Source of the DNA: Octopus bimaculoides
Taxonomy: Eukaryota
DNA length: 40,892 nt
Assembly (NCBI RefSeq): GCF_001194135.2
Contig: NC_068989.1
Location: 31,729,635-31,770,526, forward strand
Direction of reading: 5' to 3'
Shown one piece after another: positions 22,450-34,420 of this stretch; the stretch's first letter is position 1; each line of letters starts with the position of its first letter. Position numbers and translations under genes: made by a program. Below the pieces are notes generated by a model. It was not told the origin of the DNA. It searched no databases and worked only from the letters and a program-made list of their open reading frames with translations.

Positions 22450-22690
22450 TGTATGTGTGTGTCATTATCTTGATATCAAATGATAGCTGTAAGCAAGTGT
22501 CACCATCATACAAGTGGTGTCATTTGTTTCCAGTCTTCTTCGGAAATGTGAGGTTAAGGGGAAATATATTACTTGGAAACATGTGAGAGTTGATGACAGG
22601 AATGGCATCCAATCATAGAAAATCTGCCTCAACAAGATTTCTTGTAAGTATGGAAAAGTGTACATTATAATAATGATGATAATGATGATA
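22450..22690 (+). mobile_element. SINE 3' portion with GAT-like tail
   Basis: CAAGTGGTGTCATTTGTTTCCAGTCTTC..GACAGGAATGGCATCCAATCATAGAAAATCTGCC. A related decayed copy lies at about 32010-32190. Confidence 0.5.
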
Positions 22691-23209
22691 TCATCAGGTT
22701 ACTCTTTCACCAAAGAATCAGTAGATGTGGTGACAATGTTATATGTAACTATGTGCAACTGGAGAAAAGATGTTACAACTGGATACTTCTGTAAACACTA
22801 AGAAAATTAAAAAAGGATCAAATATCAAAGTGTTCTGTGTTTTTGATTTTAACTGTTATATTACTTCTGTTACAAAAAAGAAATGTTGCAGTACAGTGTG
22901 ACTTACACTTGTTTTCAAAGAGTTAAACAGTTTAGAGAATCTTTCCTTGGACAAGGTGCGAGTCAATCATAAGGTTTGCTCAAGGGATAAATGAAGTTAG
23001 TTATTTAATATGGCAAAACATAGTTGCAAAGTATCGTTGTTGCAGTGATGAGCTACACCCTCTACAATACCAATTTATATGCAAGTGGGTCTATTACAAT
23101 TTAAATATGAATTACAAGGGAAACTGGTAGGTCAAAATCTTAAAACCTCTCATTTCAGCAACCATCTCCAAGTAAGCATTTCATCATGGTATCATTTCAA
23201 AAAGTACTA

Positions 23210-23675
23210 CAGTAATCACTCGCACCCTCAGTACATCCCAGATTTTTCTAGCTAATAGATGTAACTTTATATCATGGGCTCACCAGTATATCACAGATTT
23301 CTGCAGCTGATTGGTATTTATATTTTTTTATATTTTAATTATTTCTGTGGTAAAATAAGCATTTTCATGCTTAAAATTCAATAAATCAAAATACAGAGCA
23401 GTACTGCACAGTATAACACATTAATTAAAATATATTAAAAGAAAATATGTAGTGTACCATAAATGAGTAAACAAAGAATCACACATATTGTATGGAAAAT
23501 GAAACTTGGGATGTGAGTGTTTAGTGTTGCTTTGCATTTATAATAAAATAAATACATACAAATTATTAAAATAATAAAAAAATACATACAGTACAGTACT
23601 GTTTCTACTGCGCAGATTTCCACCTATCACAGGAGGTTTTGGAATGTAACACCCGCGATAGTCAAGGGATTACTG
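23210..23675. mobile_element. TA-flanked MITE (Tc1/mariner-pogo type) abutting a GOLGA4 splice donor
   Basis: Left end TA|CAGTAATCACTCG. Right end, reverse-complemented, TA|CAGTAATCCCTTG (11/13 identical). Confidence 0.55.
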
Positions 23676-23682
23676 TACTTAC

Positions 23683-23979
23683 TTCATTGAATTTGGACTT
23701 GTAGCGTCTGGCTCGGTGTTCATACTTCTTTACCAAAGTGTAAAGTTCTTCTTTAGAGAGAATATCTACATTGAAAGCACTTTCTTCAATTTCACTTTCA
23801 ATATCGGACGGCATTTGGTAATGTATTGGAGGCAAGGGTGATTGAAAAGGCGTTTCATATGTAGAGCTAGCAGAAGTATTTGGTGACATTGCTCCAAGGG
23901 ATATAACAGACATGCCGCTATTTGGTTGTTCTTGCTGCTTTCCTAATAATGATACATCATCAACAGCAGCAAATTCTTC
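23683..23979 (-). CDS. GOLGA4: GOLGA4 coding exon, 99 codons: EEFAAVDD..PPIHYQMPSDIESEIEESAFNVDILSKEELYTLVKKYEHRARRYKSKFNE
   Basis: Acceptor tttgtAG and donor GTAAGT, 297 nt, phase 0/0. PSDIESE..LSKEEL..RYKSKFNE parallels vertebrate PPSDMDSEAE..LNKEQL..SYRGKYSE. Confidence 0.9.
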
Positions 23980-24631
23980 CTACAAAGTTGTTGTATAAAA
24001 CAAAAAATAAAATTATTCAGAGGAAGAAGGATGCAAACATCTAACAAACATTAGATACTTTGAAAGAGAAATGCAACAAGCAGATTTATCACAGCAATTA
24101 TTACATACTACTCTCTTACAAGGACAACTTACATTTCATTGGGTATCTGAAATATTGATTAACAATAAAAAAAAATTGAAGGAAGGCTGCAAAGAATAAT
24201 GAATAAGAAGATAATGAGATAATAGAGAGGGAGAGAAGACAAAAAAAAAAAGAGAGAGAAGACAGAAAATAAATAAGAAAAAGAAGAGGAAAGAAAAGAA
24301 CAAAAAGACAACATAAAAAAGATAGAAGACTAAAGGTGAAATAATGAGAAGGCATGAAGGAGGGAGAAGGAGACATAACAAAAAGGAGCTATAATCAAAA
24401 AACCAAAGGCAAAAAAAAAAACAAAAAAAAACAAAAGATGTGTAAACAACAAAACCCATCTTTGATAAAATATGGATAAGGATTAGTAGAATCAGAAATA
24501 TGGTAGATATTTGAGGTTTGCCACAATATATGTAGTATTATTGCTGGATCTGAAGATTGCTTTGCATCCAGATTGTTGGAACATAGCAGTGGTGTAGCAT
24601 AATTGATGTAGAAAAGTAACAAAGCACTTAC

Positions 24632-24850
24632 TGCACTTGATTCAATAAGAGAACCATCATTGAGTGGTATGTCAATCAACATCCCCATGGTAGGTGAACT
24701 GGGTGAGCTAACTGAGTTGGCTGTATCCAATGAGACATTATTGGTTACAGTAACTTCATCAGTTTTGACTGATGCAGTGTCTATAGGTTCATCCACATTT
24801 CCTGTTGGTGACTCTGCACTCACATTATCTGTATTGCTTAAGGAAACATT
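24632..24850 (-). CDS. GOLGA4: Probable GOLGA4 coding exon, 73 codons, S/T/D-rich low complexity: NVSLSNTDNVSAESPTG..DGSLIESSA
   Basis: Long poly-T tract with gcAG acceptor and GTAAGT donor, 219 nt, phase 0/0, open frame joining the next exon. I recognise no homology, so the assignment rests on position and splice signals. Confidence 0.75.
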
Positions 24851-25129
24851 CTGCAAAAAAAAAAAAAATTCAGTTATTTTACAATATATTTAAGGTGTTT
24901 TCTGCAATACGCAATAGTCATTCCAATATATGTCATCAAATTATATGGCAATTAAAGACAAAAGATGGAAGGATATGATAGTACTGACAAAAAAATTATT
25001 TTATAGTTATAACGAGAATATTTCCTAGTGTTACAGTTTAATAAAGAGAACAGTGAAAATAGAAAAAAATTCTAGTTTCATTCTATTTCAGTGTTCTTTT
25101 GTTTCTTGCTAAACTCTTTACAAAGAGAC

Positions 25130-25300
25130 TTTATCATTATATTCTTTTATTTGTTTCAGTCATTTGACTGCAGCCATGCAGGAGCACTATCCTTAGTCGA
25201 AGAAATCGACCCCAGGACTTATGTGTTCATAAATGCCCCATTTATGTGTGTGCTCATGCCCCAAAGGCTGAAACATACAAAAGAATAAAAGAATATGTGT
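25130..25300 (-). mobile_element. SINE 3' fragment
   Basis: TTTCAGTCATTTGACTGCAGCCATGC.GGAGCAC..AATCGACCCCAGGACTTAT resembles an abundant octopus SINE as I recall it. Confidence 0.5.
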
Positions 25301-25309
25301 ATGTATTTT

Positions 25310-25379
<70 letters not shown>

Positions 25380-25389
25380 TACATACATA

Positions 25390-26187
25390 CAAGGTGCATT
25401 CCAGAAGTTTTGAGACTTTTTTAAGGAGGGGCAGCTATAACTGTCTAAGATTACAGTAATTTTAGTATATCATTGCTATACATCTAATAAGCTGACCTGC
25501 TAAGTTCTTTTATTCCAGATCGAAAGAGATAGCTGTAATGGCTCTTTGAATACACTCTGCTAAACACTGCTTGTCACAGCTATTTTGCAGAATGCAGTTA
25601 AGACGTGAAGACAATCTGGAATATTACCATACAACAGAAACTTATGAAACACTCCAGACTGCTTATGGATTAACTTGTATGAGCCAAGCATTTGTTTTTC
25701 ACTGGCACAAGAGGCTAGGCAAAGCAAATCCACAGGGAAGTTTGTGATTATCCTCTTCTTCAACAGTAAGGTTCACTGGGTTCCCTCTGACCAGGCAGTC
25801 AACAAAGAATACTTTGTGAAAGTTTTGAGGGAGTTTAGGAAGAGATTTCATTGCAAAAGGCCAGAACACCTGCACCAGGACAATGCACCTGTCTACAATT
25901 CTATCCTGGTAACCAACCATGTGACAGAGATGAGCATCAAAACTGTCCCTCACCTCCCCTATAGTCCAGACCTTGCTCCGTTACTTTTGGTTGTTTTCCA
26001 AGCAGAAGAAGATGAAGGAGGCTGTGACAAGGGTCCTGGACACCTTCACTTTGGTGAACTTCTATATGCTCTTCATGAAGTGGCTAGAGAGCTACAACAA
26101 GAGAAGTTGAAATCAGAGGATCCTACTTTGAAGATAAATTTTGTACTTTGTCTCTCTTGAACAAGTCTCAAAACTTCTGGAATGCAC

Positions 26188-26191
<4 letters not shown>
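25390..26191 (+). mobile_element. Internally deleted mariner element (802 bp) with transposase remnant
   Basis: TA flanks and 27 identical TIR bases AGGTGCATTCCAGAAGTTTTGAGACTT. ORF 25675-26160 contains HLHQDNAP and PYSPDLAP. Confidence 0.9.
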
Positions 26192-26235
<44 letters not shown>

Positions 26236-26269
26236 TACACATATTCAAACATACACACATATATTGAGA

Positions 26270-26400
26270 TTAGGGGTTAGGGTGTTGGGCTCATGATCAC
26301 AAGGATATAAATTCGATTCCTAAAACAGGAGGCAAATAGTGTCCTTGAGCAAAGCAGTTCATTTCAAACTACAACACTCCACAGTGCTAAAAATAAGTAC
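26270..26400 (+). mobile_element. Decayed tRNA-SINE head
   Basis: GGTTAGGGTGTTGGGCTCATGATCAC..TTCGATTCC..GTGTCCTTGAGCAAAGCA; same head as 4565-4864. Confidence 0.6.
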
Positions 26401-26690
26401 TAAGCATAGCAATGGTGCAACCCTCTTTCCTTCCAGCAGTTACAATACTAATGTTCAGCTGGGTCAAAAGTAGTGAGGATGAAACAGAGTCCAAGTCAAC
26501 ACATGAGCATAGAGGCATCTAAAACAATTACAAAAAGCATGTTACATGTTACCAAATAGTATTTGCTTATAAGAGATAGATTTCAAACATGGATATTTTA
26601 CATTACACTATTTTGTAATGATTACTATGTGGATTGATAGCTGAGTCTTTACGAGAAGCTTACTGTGATAGCTTCATATACATACATACA

Positions 26691-26721
<31 letters not shown>

Positions 26722-26779
26722 GGAATTTTTTTTCTTTTTCCATACATTTTAGATCTTGTGGTGAACTAAGCAATAGAAA

Positions 26780-28651
26780 ATGAGCAAGATGTCTTCTTCA
26801 AGAAAATGTTGCATTAATTCTCCAAATGTATTTTATGTTTGTGGAGAATAAGCATTACCTGAAAATCGAAAAAACATAACTGATTTTGTTGAAAGAGCAT
26901 ATATGGCATATTTTGGGATCAAACTGGGAGGCCAAGATAAATATTGGGCACTGCATAGTGTCTGCAAATGATGTACAGAACATTTGCGACAATGGACTAA
27001 AGGGACAAGGAAAAGTATGAGGTTTACTATACCAATGGTATGGTGGGAGCCTTATAATCACTTGGACGACTGCTACTTTTGTAACCTAAATTTAAAGGAT
27101 ATTAACTGGAAAAATCGACAAACACTTGTTTATCCTGATCTTGCCTCTGCTATTAGACCAGCTCCATACAGTAAAGAGCTTCCTGCTCCTGTCTTCAATG
27201 TCTTGCCTCAGATAACTTTACCCTCAACCAAAGAAGATTCATCACCTGAAGAAGACACTAGAGATCAAGACTTTTCAGTTGAGACTTTACCTCAGCTATT
27301 CTCCCAGGTACAGTTGAATGATCTAGTTTGTGACTTGAACCTCCCAAAAAATTCTGCAGAACTGTTGCTTCTCGACTGAAAGAGAAGAATCTTCTAGAGA
27401 ATGGTGTCCGTATAATATTTTATCGGAGTTGGCATGAAGAGCTCCTTTCTTTCTTCACAAAAGAGGAAGAGCTGGTTTAATGCAGAGATATCAGTGGGCT
27501 TCTTAATAAACCTAGCATTGAGGAATACAAATCAGAGGAATGGCGTCTTTTCATAGACCGCTCTAAGCGTAGTTTAAAATGTGTATTGTACAACAGGAAT
27601 GTGTATGGCTCTGTCCCACTCAGCAACTCTGAAGGAAAAATATGAAGAAATTAAGTTGGTTTTAGAGAAGATACTGTATCATGACCATAAATGAGTCATC
27701 TGCATTGATTTAAAGATGGTGAATTTTCTCATGGGACAGCAATCTGGTTATACCAAATGCCTATGCATTTTTTGCATGTGGGACAGTAGAGACCAAGGAA
27801 ACCACCATGTTAAGAAAGACTGGCCACCTCAAACAAATATGGTTATTGGAAGAACCTTTAGTTGAGTGAGATAAGATCACCCCCCGCCCACTTTGTACAT
27901 CAAACACAGATTGATCAAGCAATTCATCAAAGCTCTTGACAAAAATGGGGAATGCTTCAAGTATATCTGCAGTGTATTTCTAAACTTGACAATTGAAAAA
28001 TGGACCACAGATCCATAAACTCTTGAAGGACAAATTTCATGGAAGTAGTGAGCAAAAATGCAGCATCGGCTTGGCTAGCCTTTGCAGAAGTAGTGCAAAA
28101 TTTCCTTGAGACCTTGTTACCAACTTGATATCAACTTTTCATGATATTGGCGTGAATATGAGGATCGAAATGCATTATCTTTTTAGTTATCTTGACTGTT
28201 TTCCTGAAAATCTCGGAGATGTTAGTGATGAACAAGGCAAACAATTCCATCAGGATATCAAGGAGATGGAAACTTGGTACCAAGGATGTTGGGATGCTGT
28301 GATGATGGCAGACTATAGCTGGTGTTTAAAACGAGATACTCCTGTTGCTCAACATTCACGGTGCACAAAGAAGTTCAAGTTTATTCCTTGAATTTTCTAC
28401 CAAAAATCTTAACCAGTGTGCATTTTCAATTTTGAATTTTTATTTGTACTTTGTTTTGGTTTGTGTTACGCTCTTTTATTGATTCATACTATATGCCTTT
28501 GTATGAATAAAATACTTTATCAGGTTTAGTCAGAAAACTAGACCTGATAGAGAAAAACAGAAGTTATTTTTGAATTTAGCAGGCAAAATCATTTAAGAAT
28601 TCATTGAAATATTCCAGGCACCAGATAAAATTTTTTTTTTGTTGCCCAGTG
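26780..28651 (+). mobile_element. Chapaev3-like (CMC superfamily) DNA transposon, decayed transposase, right TIR retained
   Basis: Frames give MSSSRKCCINSPNVF..PMVWWEP..DCYFC..NDLV.DLNLPK..WRLFID.SKRSLK..LGDVSDEQG.QFHQDIK..MMADY. The right end reverse-complements to CACTGGGCAACAAAA. The family name comes from recalled motifs and the CACTG terminus. Confidence 0.75.
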
Positions 28652-28849
28652 TTTTAAATGAAAAAATCATACATATAACTTGAAATTCCTGGTGAAATAT
28701 AATAATTACAGAGTAAATATATACTAGGGAGACCCATAGAAATTCCACAGAATGAAAAAGATTAAGAGAAGCTATTTAAGATAGAAAGGATGATTCGCAT
28801 TTTTATTTTGCTAAGTATTTCACTTCCAGTCACAATAATATATTCCTCA

Positions 28850-29130
28850 TCATCATTTAATGTCCATTGTCAATGCTGGCATGGGTTGGACAGTTTGACT
28901 AAGGCTGGCACGCTGGAAGGCTGCACCAGACTCCAGTCTGATTTGGCATGGTTTCTATAGCTGGATGCCCTACCTAACACCAACCACTCTAAAAGTGTAG
29001 TGTTTGCTTTTACGTGCTATTTGTGACACCAGTATCTGCCACGAATACGATTTTACTTGGTTTGAAGGGTTTTTTTCTCAATACTTGGCTTAAAGGTCAT
29101 GTTCTAAAACACCAGAGAGGCTTGTCTAAT
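28850..29130 (-). mobile_element. RTE 3' end, minus strand
   Basis: Reverse complement of the 1-212 unit (..GGATGCCCTACCTAACACCAACCACTC..GCTTTTACGTG), preceded by the ORF-end sequence. Confidence 0.7.
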
Positions 29131-29689
29131 AGTAAGCACTACTTCTTCAACAAACTTTTTAACCATGTAATTCCCATCTTCATATCTTTAACATTTTTCT
29201 CTTTATCTTAACCTGTCACTTTGACTAACTCTCACTCTATCTCTCTCTTAATGTAACTGCCCATCTCACTTTAACCTCACCACCAGAACATTACGCTCTG
29301 CTAAATATTGTATCCTAAACATACATCTTTCTCTTTACCTTTTCCTCCCCACTCTACAGCATGTTGTTAACACTTCTCTCACCCTCTTGTTCTCTCACTC
29401 TTCACCTCTCCCTTCAACTAACCATGTGATGCATTTGGCCTTATTATACCTCTCTCTACTTCTTCCTCACTTCTTTCTTCTCTACTCACACTCTTCATGT
29501 TCCTCTTTTTCTCTCTCTCTCTCTCTCTCTCTCCCTCATACACAGACACTTTTACTCCACCTCTCTCTCACTCCAACTCCGCCTCACTAACTAACTAAAG
29601 TATAATGGGCGAACAAACAAGCAAATTATTATATAGATTGAAACAATGGCTGGAATATGTGGTACCATTTTAATTCTGTGTTACACATG

Positions 29690-29730
<41 letters not shown>

Positions 29731-30009
29731 NNNNNNNNNNNNNNNNNNNNNNNNNNNNNNNNNNNNNNNNNNNNNNNNNNNNNNNNNNNNNNNNNNNNNN
29801 NNNNNNNNNNNNNNNNNNNNNNNNNNNNNNNNNNNNNNNNNNNNNNNNNNNNNNNNNNNNNNNNNNNNNNNNNNNNNNNNNNNNNNNNNNNNNNNNNNNN
29901 NNNNNNNNNNNNNNNNNNNNNNNNNNNNNNNNNNNNNNNNNNNNNNNNNNNNNNNNNNNNNNNNNNNNNNNNNNNNNNNNNNNNNNNNNNNNNNNNNNNN
30001 NNNNNNNNN
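29731..30009. other. Assembly gap (279 N) after a (TA)n run
   Basis: Run of N. Confidence 1.
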
Positions 30010-30099
30010 ATATCAGTTTTTCAGTATATATATGCAAATATTTACATATTTGTATATATGAAATCATTAATGTAATAAATAAGGACATTATTTTTAGAA

Positions 30100-31900
30100 A
30101 GTAAATGAATTTATTGAGTTGAAAATCATTACTATCATTCTACAAAGAGTGAATACACAAAAAATGGGTCAGACAAAACAGACAAAGTTTGGAACAACAG
30201 AGTTAGAAACATTGTGATTTGTATTTTCTGCAGTGTTCCTGATCTGGTTGATCATGGTAAAGTGTCCAGCAGTAGTCAGCCAGCATACTGTCATTCCAGC
30301 ACTAATGTCCTGGTGAAATCTTTCACCCTGTTCATCAGACACTGCTCCAAGGTTAGCTGTGAAGAAATCCAGATGGGAGTCCAAGAAGTGAACTTTCAGT
30401 GACATGCAACAACCCATTGTTGAGTAACATTTCTGAATATTCTTGATGCCATTGCCTTCATGTTGCCCAAGAAATTCTCACAGATCCAATTGAAAGCATT
30501 CTGGGCAGGCAGTTCCAGTTCATCCAGTGTTGTCTTGAAGTTGACCTCTTTGAGTACTTCTCTAATTTTGGGGTCCAACAAAGATACACTCTTTCAACTT
30601 TGCCTGTGTGATTTTGGGAAACCTTTCTACAATATACTCATACCCTCTGACATTTCTCTTCCCTAGTGTCTTTACAAACTGTTTCATCAATCCAAGCTTT
30701 ATATGCAAAGGAGGCAATAGGACATTACATAGATCTACAAGAGGTGTACTGGTGATGCTAGACAGTCCTAGTTGGTATGATGTTCTTGTCTGCTAGTTTG
30801 ATTCCGAATAATGTCTGTCATTTGCCCGACTATCCTATAGACACGTGAAACAACAATATTTTGTGAAACTTGACTGCATTTCCATTAACATCCCAATGAC
30901 TTTTAAGTCTCTACATATTTTCCATGAGTAGCTTTCATAGACAATGGCATTAAGTAAAAGTTCCATATTCTCATATGATTCATAAAGATGAATAGAGTGT
31001 GCAATAGGAATGGAGGGCTTCAAATTACCATTATGTAGAAGTACAGCTTTTAAACTTTGTTTTGAAGAGTCAATAAACAAATGCCACTCTGCAGGATCAT
31101 GATTTTGTAATAAACATTCGATGAGTCCATCGATGTTACCACAAAAGCAAAACAGGCCTTCAACAGAAAAATACGCATGTAGAACTACATTTCTCTGCCA
31201 AAAATAAGTTGTACTAACACCATGCTCTAGCAGATACTTCTTCTTCAGTCTTGATGCCAACACTTCTGCTTTATCTTTTGAGAGGGATAGAGATCTGACA
31301 AGGTCATTCAGTTCAGCTTGGGTAAAATTTCTGTGGTTCAAAGCTATTGTCATCAGCCAAGTAACCTTCTTCAGCAGCACTATCATGACAGTCAGCATCA
31401 TCATCTGATGTTTCAATACCATCATCTGGTGGAACTGGAATTAGCAGACTTCTATTGTGGCACAGGTCTCATTGCAAAATCCAAATTGGGATATACAATT
31501 TTGTGTTTATTCTTCATAGAAAATCCCATGACATTTACTTTGCAAAAATAACAGTCATTAAAATGGTCTTTCAGCTCCCTCCATATCATTGGAATGGCAA
31601 AAGGCATGGACTTATTATTATTATTATTATTATTGAACCAGTCACATTAGCCATTTGAGCAAGCTGAGCAGATAAAATGTAGTGCCCATAATTTATCCTG
31701 ATCTCTAAGAGGACAGTCAAAGTATAGTTTATAAATCTTCTTAATCTCTGGTGTTATTGTGCATTTTTTAGTTTTCACAATAAATTGTCCACAGACATAA
31801 CAAAATACATCAGGACAATTTCTACACTGTCTCAAAATTGTTAACACTGTAAAACAAGTAAGGAAATAGATACAAACAGTTATACTTATATTGAATTTGA
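30100..31900 (-). mobile_element. Second Chapaev3-like transposase pseudogene, a different subfamily
   Basis: ORFs give CRNCPDVFCYVCG..DQDKLWA..FTQAELNDLVRSLSLSKDKAEVLASRL..WHLFIDSSKQSLKAVLLHNGN..MSLKVHFLDSHLDFF..LGAVSDEQGERFHQDI. Confidence 0.8.
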
Positions 31901-32351
31901 GGTGATGAAATATTTCATCAGACCAATTATGACTGGACAATTTGAGATGTTTGAAATACCTATTTCATCAGACAAAACTTGATTGGTTAATCTAAGATGA
32001 TGAAATATTGCATTCTTATGCAAGTGGTATCATTTGTTTCTAATCTTCCATGCAAACATAACTGGCCATGGAAAAACAGTTTTTGAGGAAGCAGGTGAGA
32101 TTTGGCAACAAGAAACATTTGGAGGATTGTTGAATTCTGCCTCAATAAATTATGCCTGACTCATACAAACATGGGAATGTAGACATTAAAATATTGTTGA
32201 CATTTCTTTCTCCAAAAGGGTTTCTCAACCCAATATTTACATGCTATTATTTATAGCTTTATGTGCTTTGAAATATAACTCAGACATATATATAACCATC
32301 ATCACTGTTCTAACATCCAATGCGTGAGTCAAATGGAATTCATTGATGGTC

Positions 32352-32446
32352 AGCTTGTGGCTATAGTAGAAAACAATTGCCCAAGGTGACATGCAGTAGG
32401 ACTGAATCTGGAAGTATGTGTTTGGGAAGCAAACATCTTACCACAC
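32352..32446 (-). mobile_element. tRNA-SINE head
   Basis: The minus strand reads GTGTGGTAAGATGTTTGCTTCCCA..GATTCAGTCCTACTGCATGTCACCTTGGGCAA..TTCTACTATAGCC. Confidence 0.6.
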
Positions 32447-32479
32447 ATATACATAAAATGCACTTGTGTCAGATCTATG

Positions 32480-32720
32480 TTCAATGCATTCATACTGGTG
32501 CCATGTAAAATGCACTTGTGTTGGTTCCACATAAGATGCACTCATGCCAGTGGCATATAAAAAGCACTTAGCACACTCTGTAAAGTGGTTGGCATAATGA
32601 TGGGCATCCAGCCATAGAAACCATAACAAAACAGACAACCGAACAGCTCTCCTACAAGTCAGCTCCTGTCAAACCATCCAACCCATGCCAGCATGGAAAA
32701 CAGACTTAAATGATTGTGAT
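32480..32720 (+). mobile_element. RTE 3'-unit copy
   Basis: GCCAGTGGCATATAAAAAGCAC..GTGGTTGGC..GGGCATCCAGCC.TAGAAACC..GTCAAACCATCCAACCCATGCCAGCATGGAAAACAGAC. Confidence 0.75.
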
Positions 32721-33400
32721 GTATGTATGTATGTATGTATGTATGTACGTATGTACGTATGTATGGATGGATGGATGCATGCATGCATGCATGTCCTGAG
32801 TATGAATTGAAACTGCATCCAATAATGGAGCCCTGGTTCAGGACTTCCAGGGTTTTGAGGAGTATGGAACCACCATTAGCCACTATTGTTCTCAGGTCTA
32901 CTCTAACCCAGAGTAGAAGCACCTGTTAGGGTCCCAGTTATAGGTTCATTAACATGTTATGAAAGGGAATCTAAACACAAACCACACCACTACCTTGTTA
33001 GCACTTCGGGAAAGAGGGGTCAACCTTGACAGCAAATCAAGGAGTGGAGGCCCACAAGCAGTCTTATGGTCCTTTTGACACCCTTCAGGAAACTTAGGGT
33101 GGGTGCAGCTCTCCAAGCTTGTAAAGCAATTCACCAAGGAGGAGGCCACTTTCATGTAAAACCTACAGCTTTTTGATCACCAGCGCAGTGATAGGCTACT
33201 GAGCTACTGAAGTCAGACTGCCAAATCTAAAGCGTGGGATCAGATTGCTTGGGTCAACTCTCACTTTAAAACTGCAAAGGGCAAGTAGGAAGAAAGGTCC
33301 TATTTGCCCCAAGTGCACCAGAGTCTATTTTCCATGGATTGGTTTACATAGCAACTTCAGAGTGTGCTACTCTTCTCTTTAATCTTTGGACACGAAGTAT

Positions 33401-33434
<34 letters not shown>

Positions 33435-33615
33435 NNNNNNNNNNNNNNNNNNNNNNNNNNNNNNNNNNNNNNNNNNNNNNNNNNNNNNNNNNNNNNNNNN
33501 NNNNNNNNNNNNNNNNNNNNNNNNNNNNNNNNNNNNNNNNNNNNNNNNNNNNNNNNNNNNNNNNNNNNNNNNNNNNNNNNNNNNNNNNNNNNNNNNNNNN
33601 NNNNNNNNNNNNNNN
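33435..33615. other. Assembly gap (181 N) after a (TA)n run
   Basis: Run of N. Confidence 1.
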
Positions 33616-33618
33616 ATA

Positions 33619-34420
33619 TGAGGTGGTGCCCAAAAGTAACCAGAAATGTTCTGTGGTACAAGCCCATTGTAGTTCAGGCCTCCACCACTAGAATACACTT
33701 GACGTGACCTTCAGGCATTAGTCTACTGACTGGCGTTGTCCACTGAGGTCATACTGCCACGTGGTGCATCTTTGTTTTGCAGTGCTTCTCCCTTGTTTGT
33801 TGATTTTTGCAATTGCTGAAACAAAGGAACAGCGTGCTTCCATAAAATTCTGTTTTCTGCTGGGGAAAACGGCAGTGGAAACAGTTGTTATGCTTCAAAC
33901 AGCTTACAAGGATGCTGCCATGAGCAAATCACAAGTTTACAAGTGGTTTTCACACTTTAGGAATGATCACTTGTCACTTGAGGACCAGCATTATTCAGGG
34001 CAACTGTCAGACTCCCAAATGAGTGAAAACATCATGAAAATTTATGAAATGGTCTTGAAGGACTGTCACCAAACAATTGATGAACTTCTTGACTGGTGTG
34101 TCCTGGAGCTCATAGCAACGAATTTTAAGTGAAGAATTTCAAATGAAAGAGTTGCAGCAAAATTTGTGCTTCACTTGCTCATGGAAAATCAAAAGTAGTC
34201 ACAACTGAATGCATGTTGTGAACTGAAAGAACAGTTGAAAGTTGACCCGAACCTATTTTCAGAAGTCAAAACTGGTGATGAAAGTTGGTGCTATGGAATA
34301 TGTAAATGTGGAAGAGGTGAAGAAAAAAACAACGGAAGCATTAAAAGAGATCACTTCACAAGAGTTCCATCATGGCTTCCAACAGTGGAAAATGCATCTC
34401 GATCGATGCATTGCTTCAAC
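33619..34420 (+). mobile_element. Mariner transposon remnant (HTH region and first catalytic Asp, internal deletion)
   Basis: EQRASIKFCFLLGKTAVETVVML..SKSQVYKWFSHF, then VKTGDESWCYG, then a jump to ..FQQWKMHLDRCIA. The probable left end is TA|TGAGGTGGTGCCCAAAAG; no right TIR was found. Confidence 0.85.

Noticed and set aside
24116-24459. F/L/S-rich ORFs resembling membrane proteins
   Set aside because: They are translations of a low-complexity polypyrimidine tract.
24395-24631. ORF-track read-through of 79 codons beyond the GOLGA4 donor
   Set aside because: A perfect GTAAGT follows 24632. The extension runs into a pyrimidine tract and a stop, and has intronic composition.
26268-26282. TTAGGGGTTAGGG telomere-like motif
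   Set aside because: Only two imperfect units, and they form the start of a SINE head.
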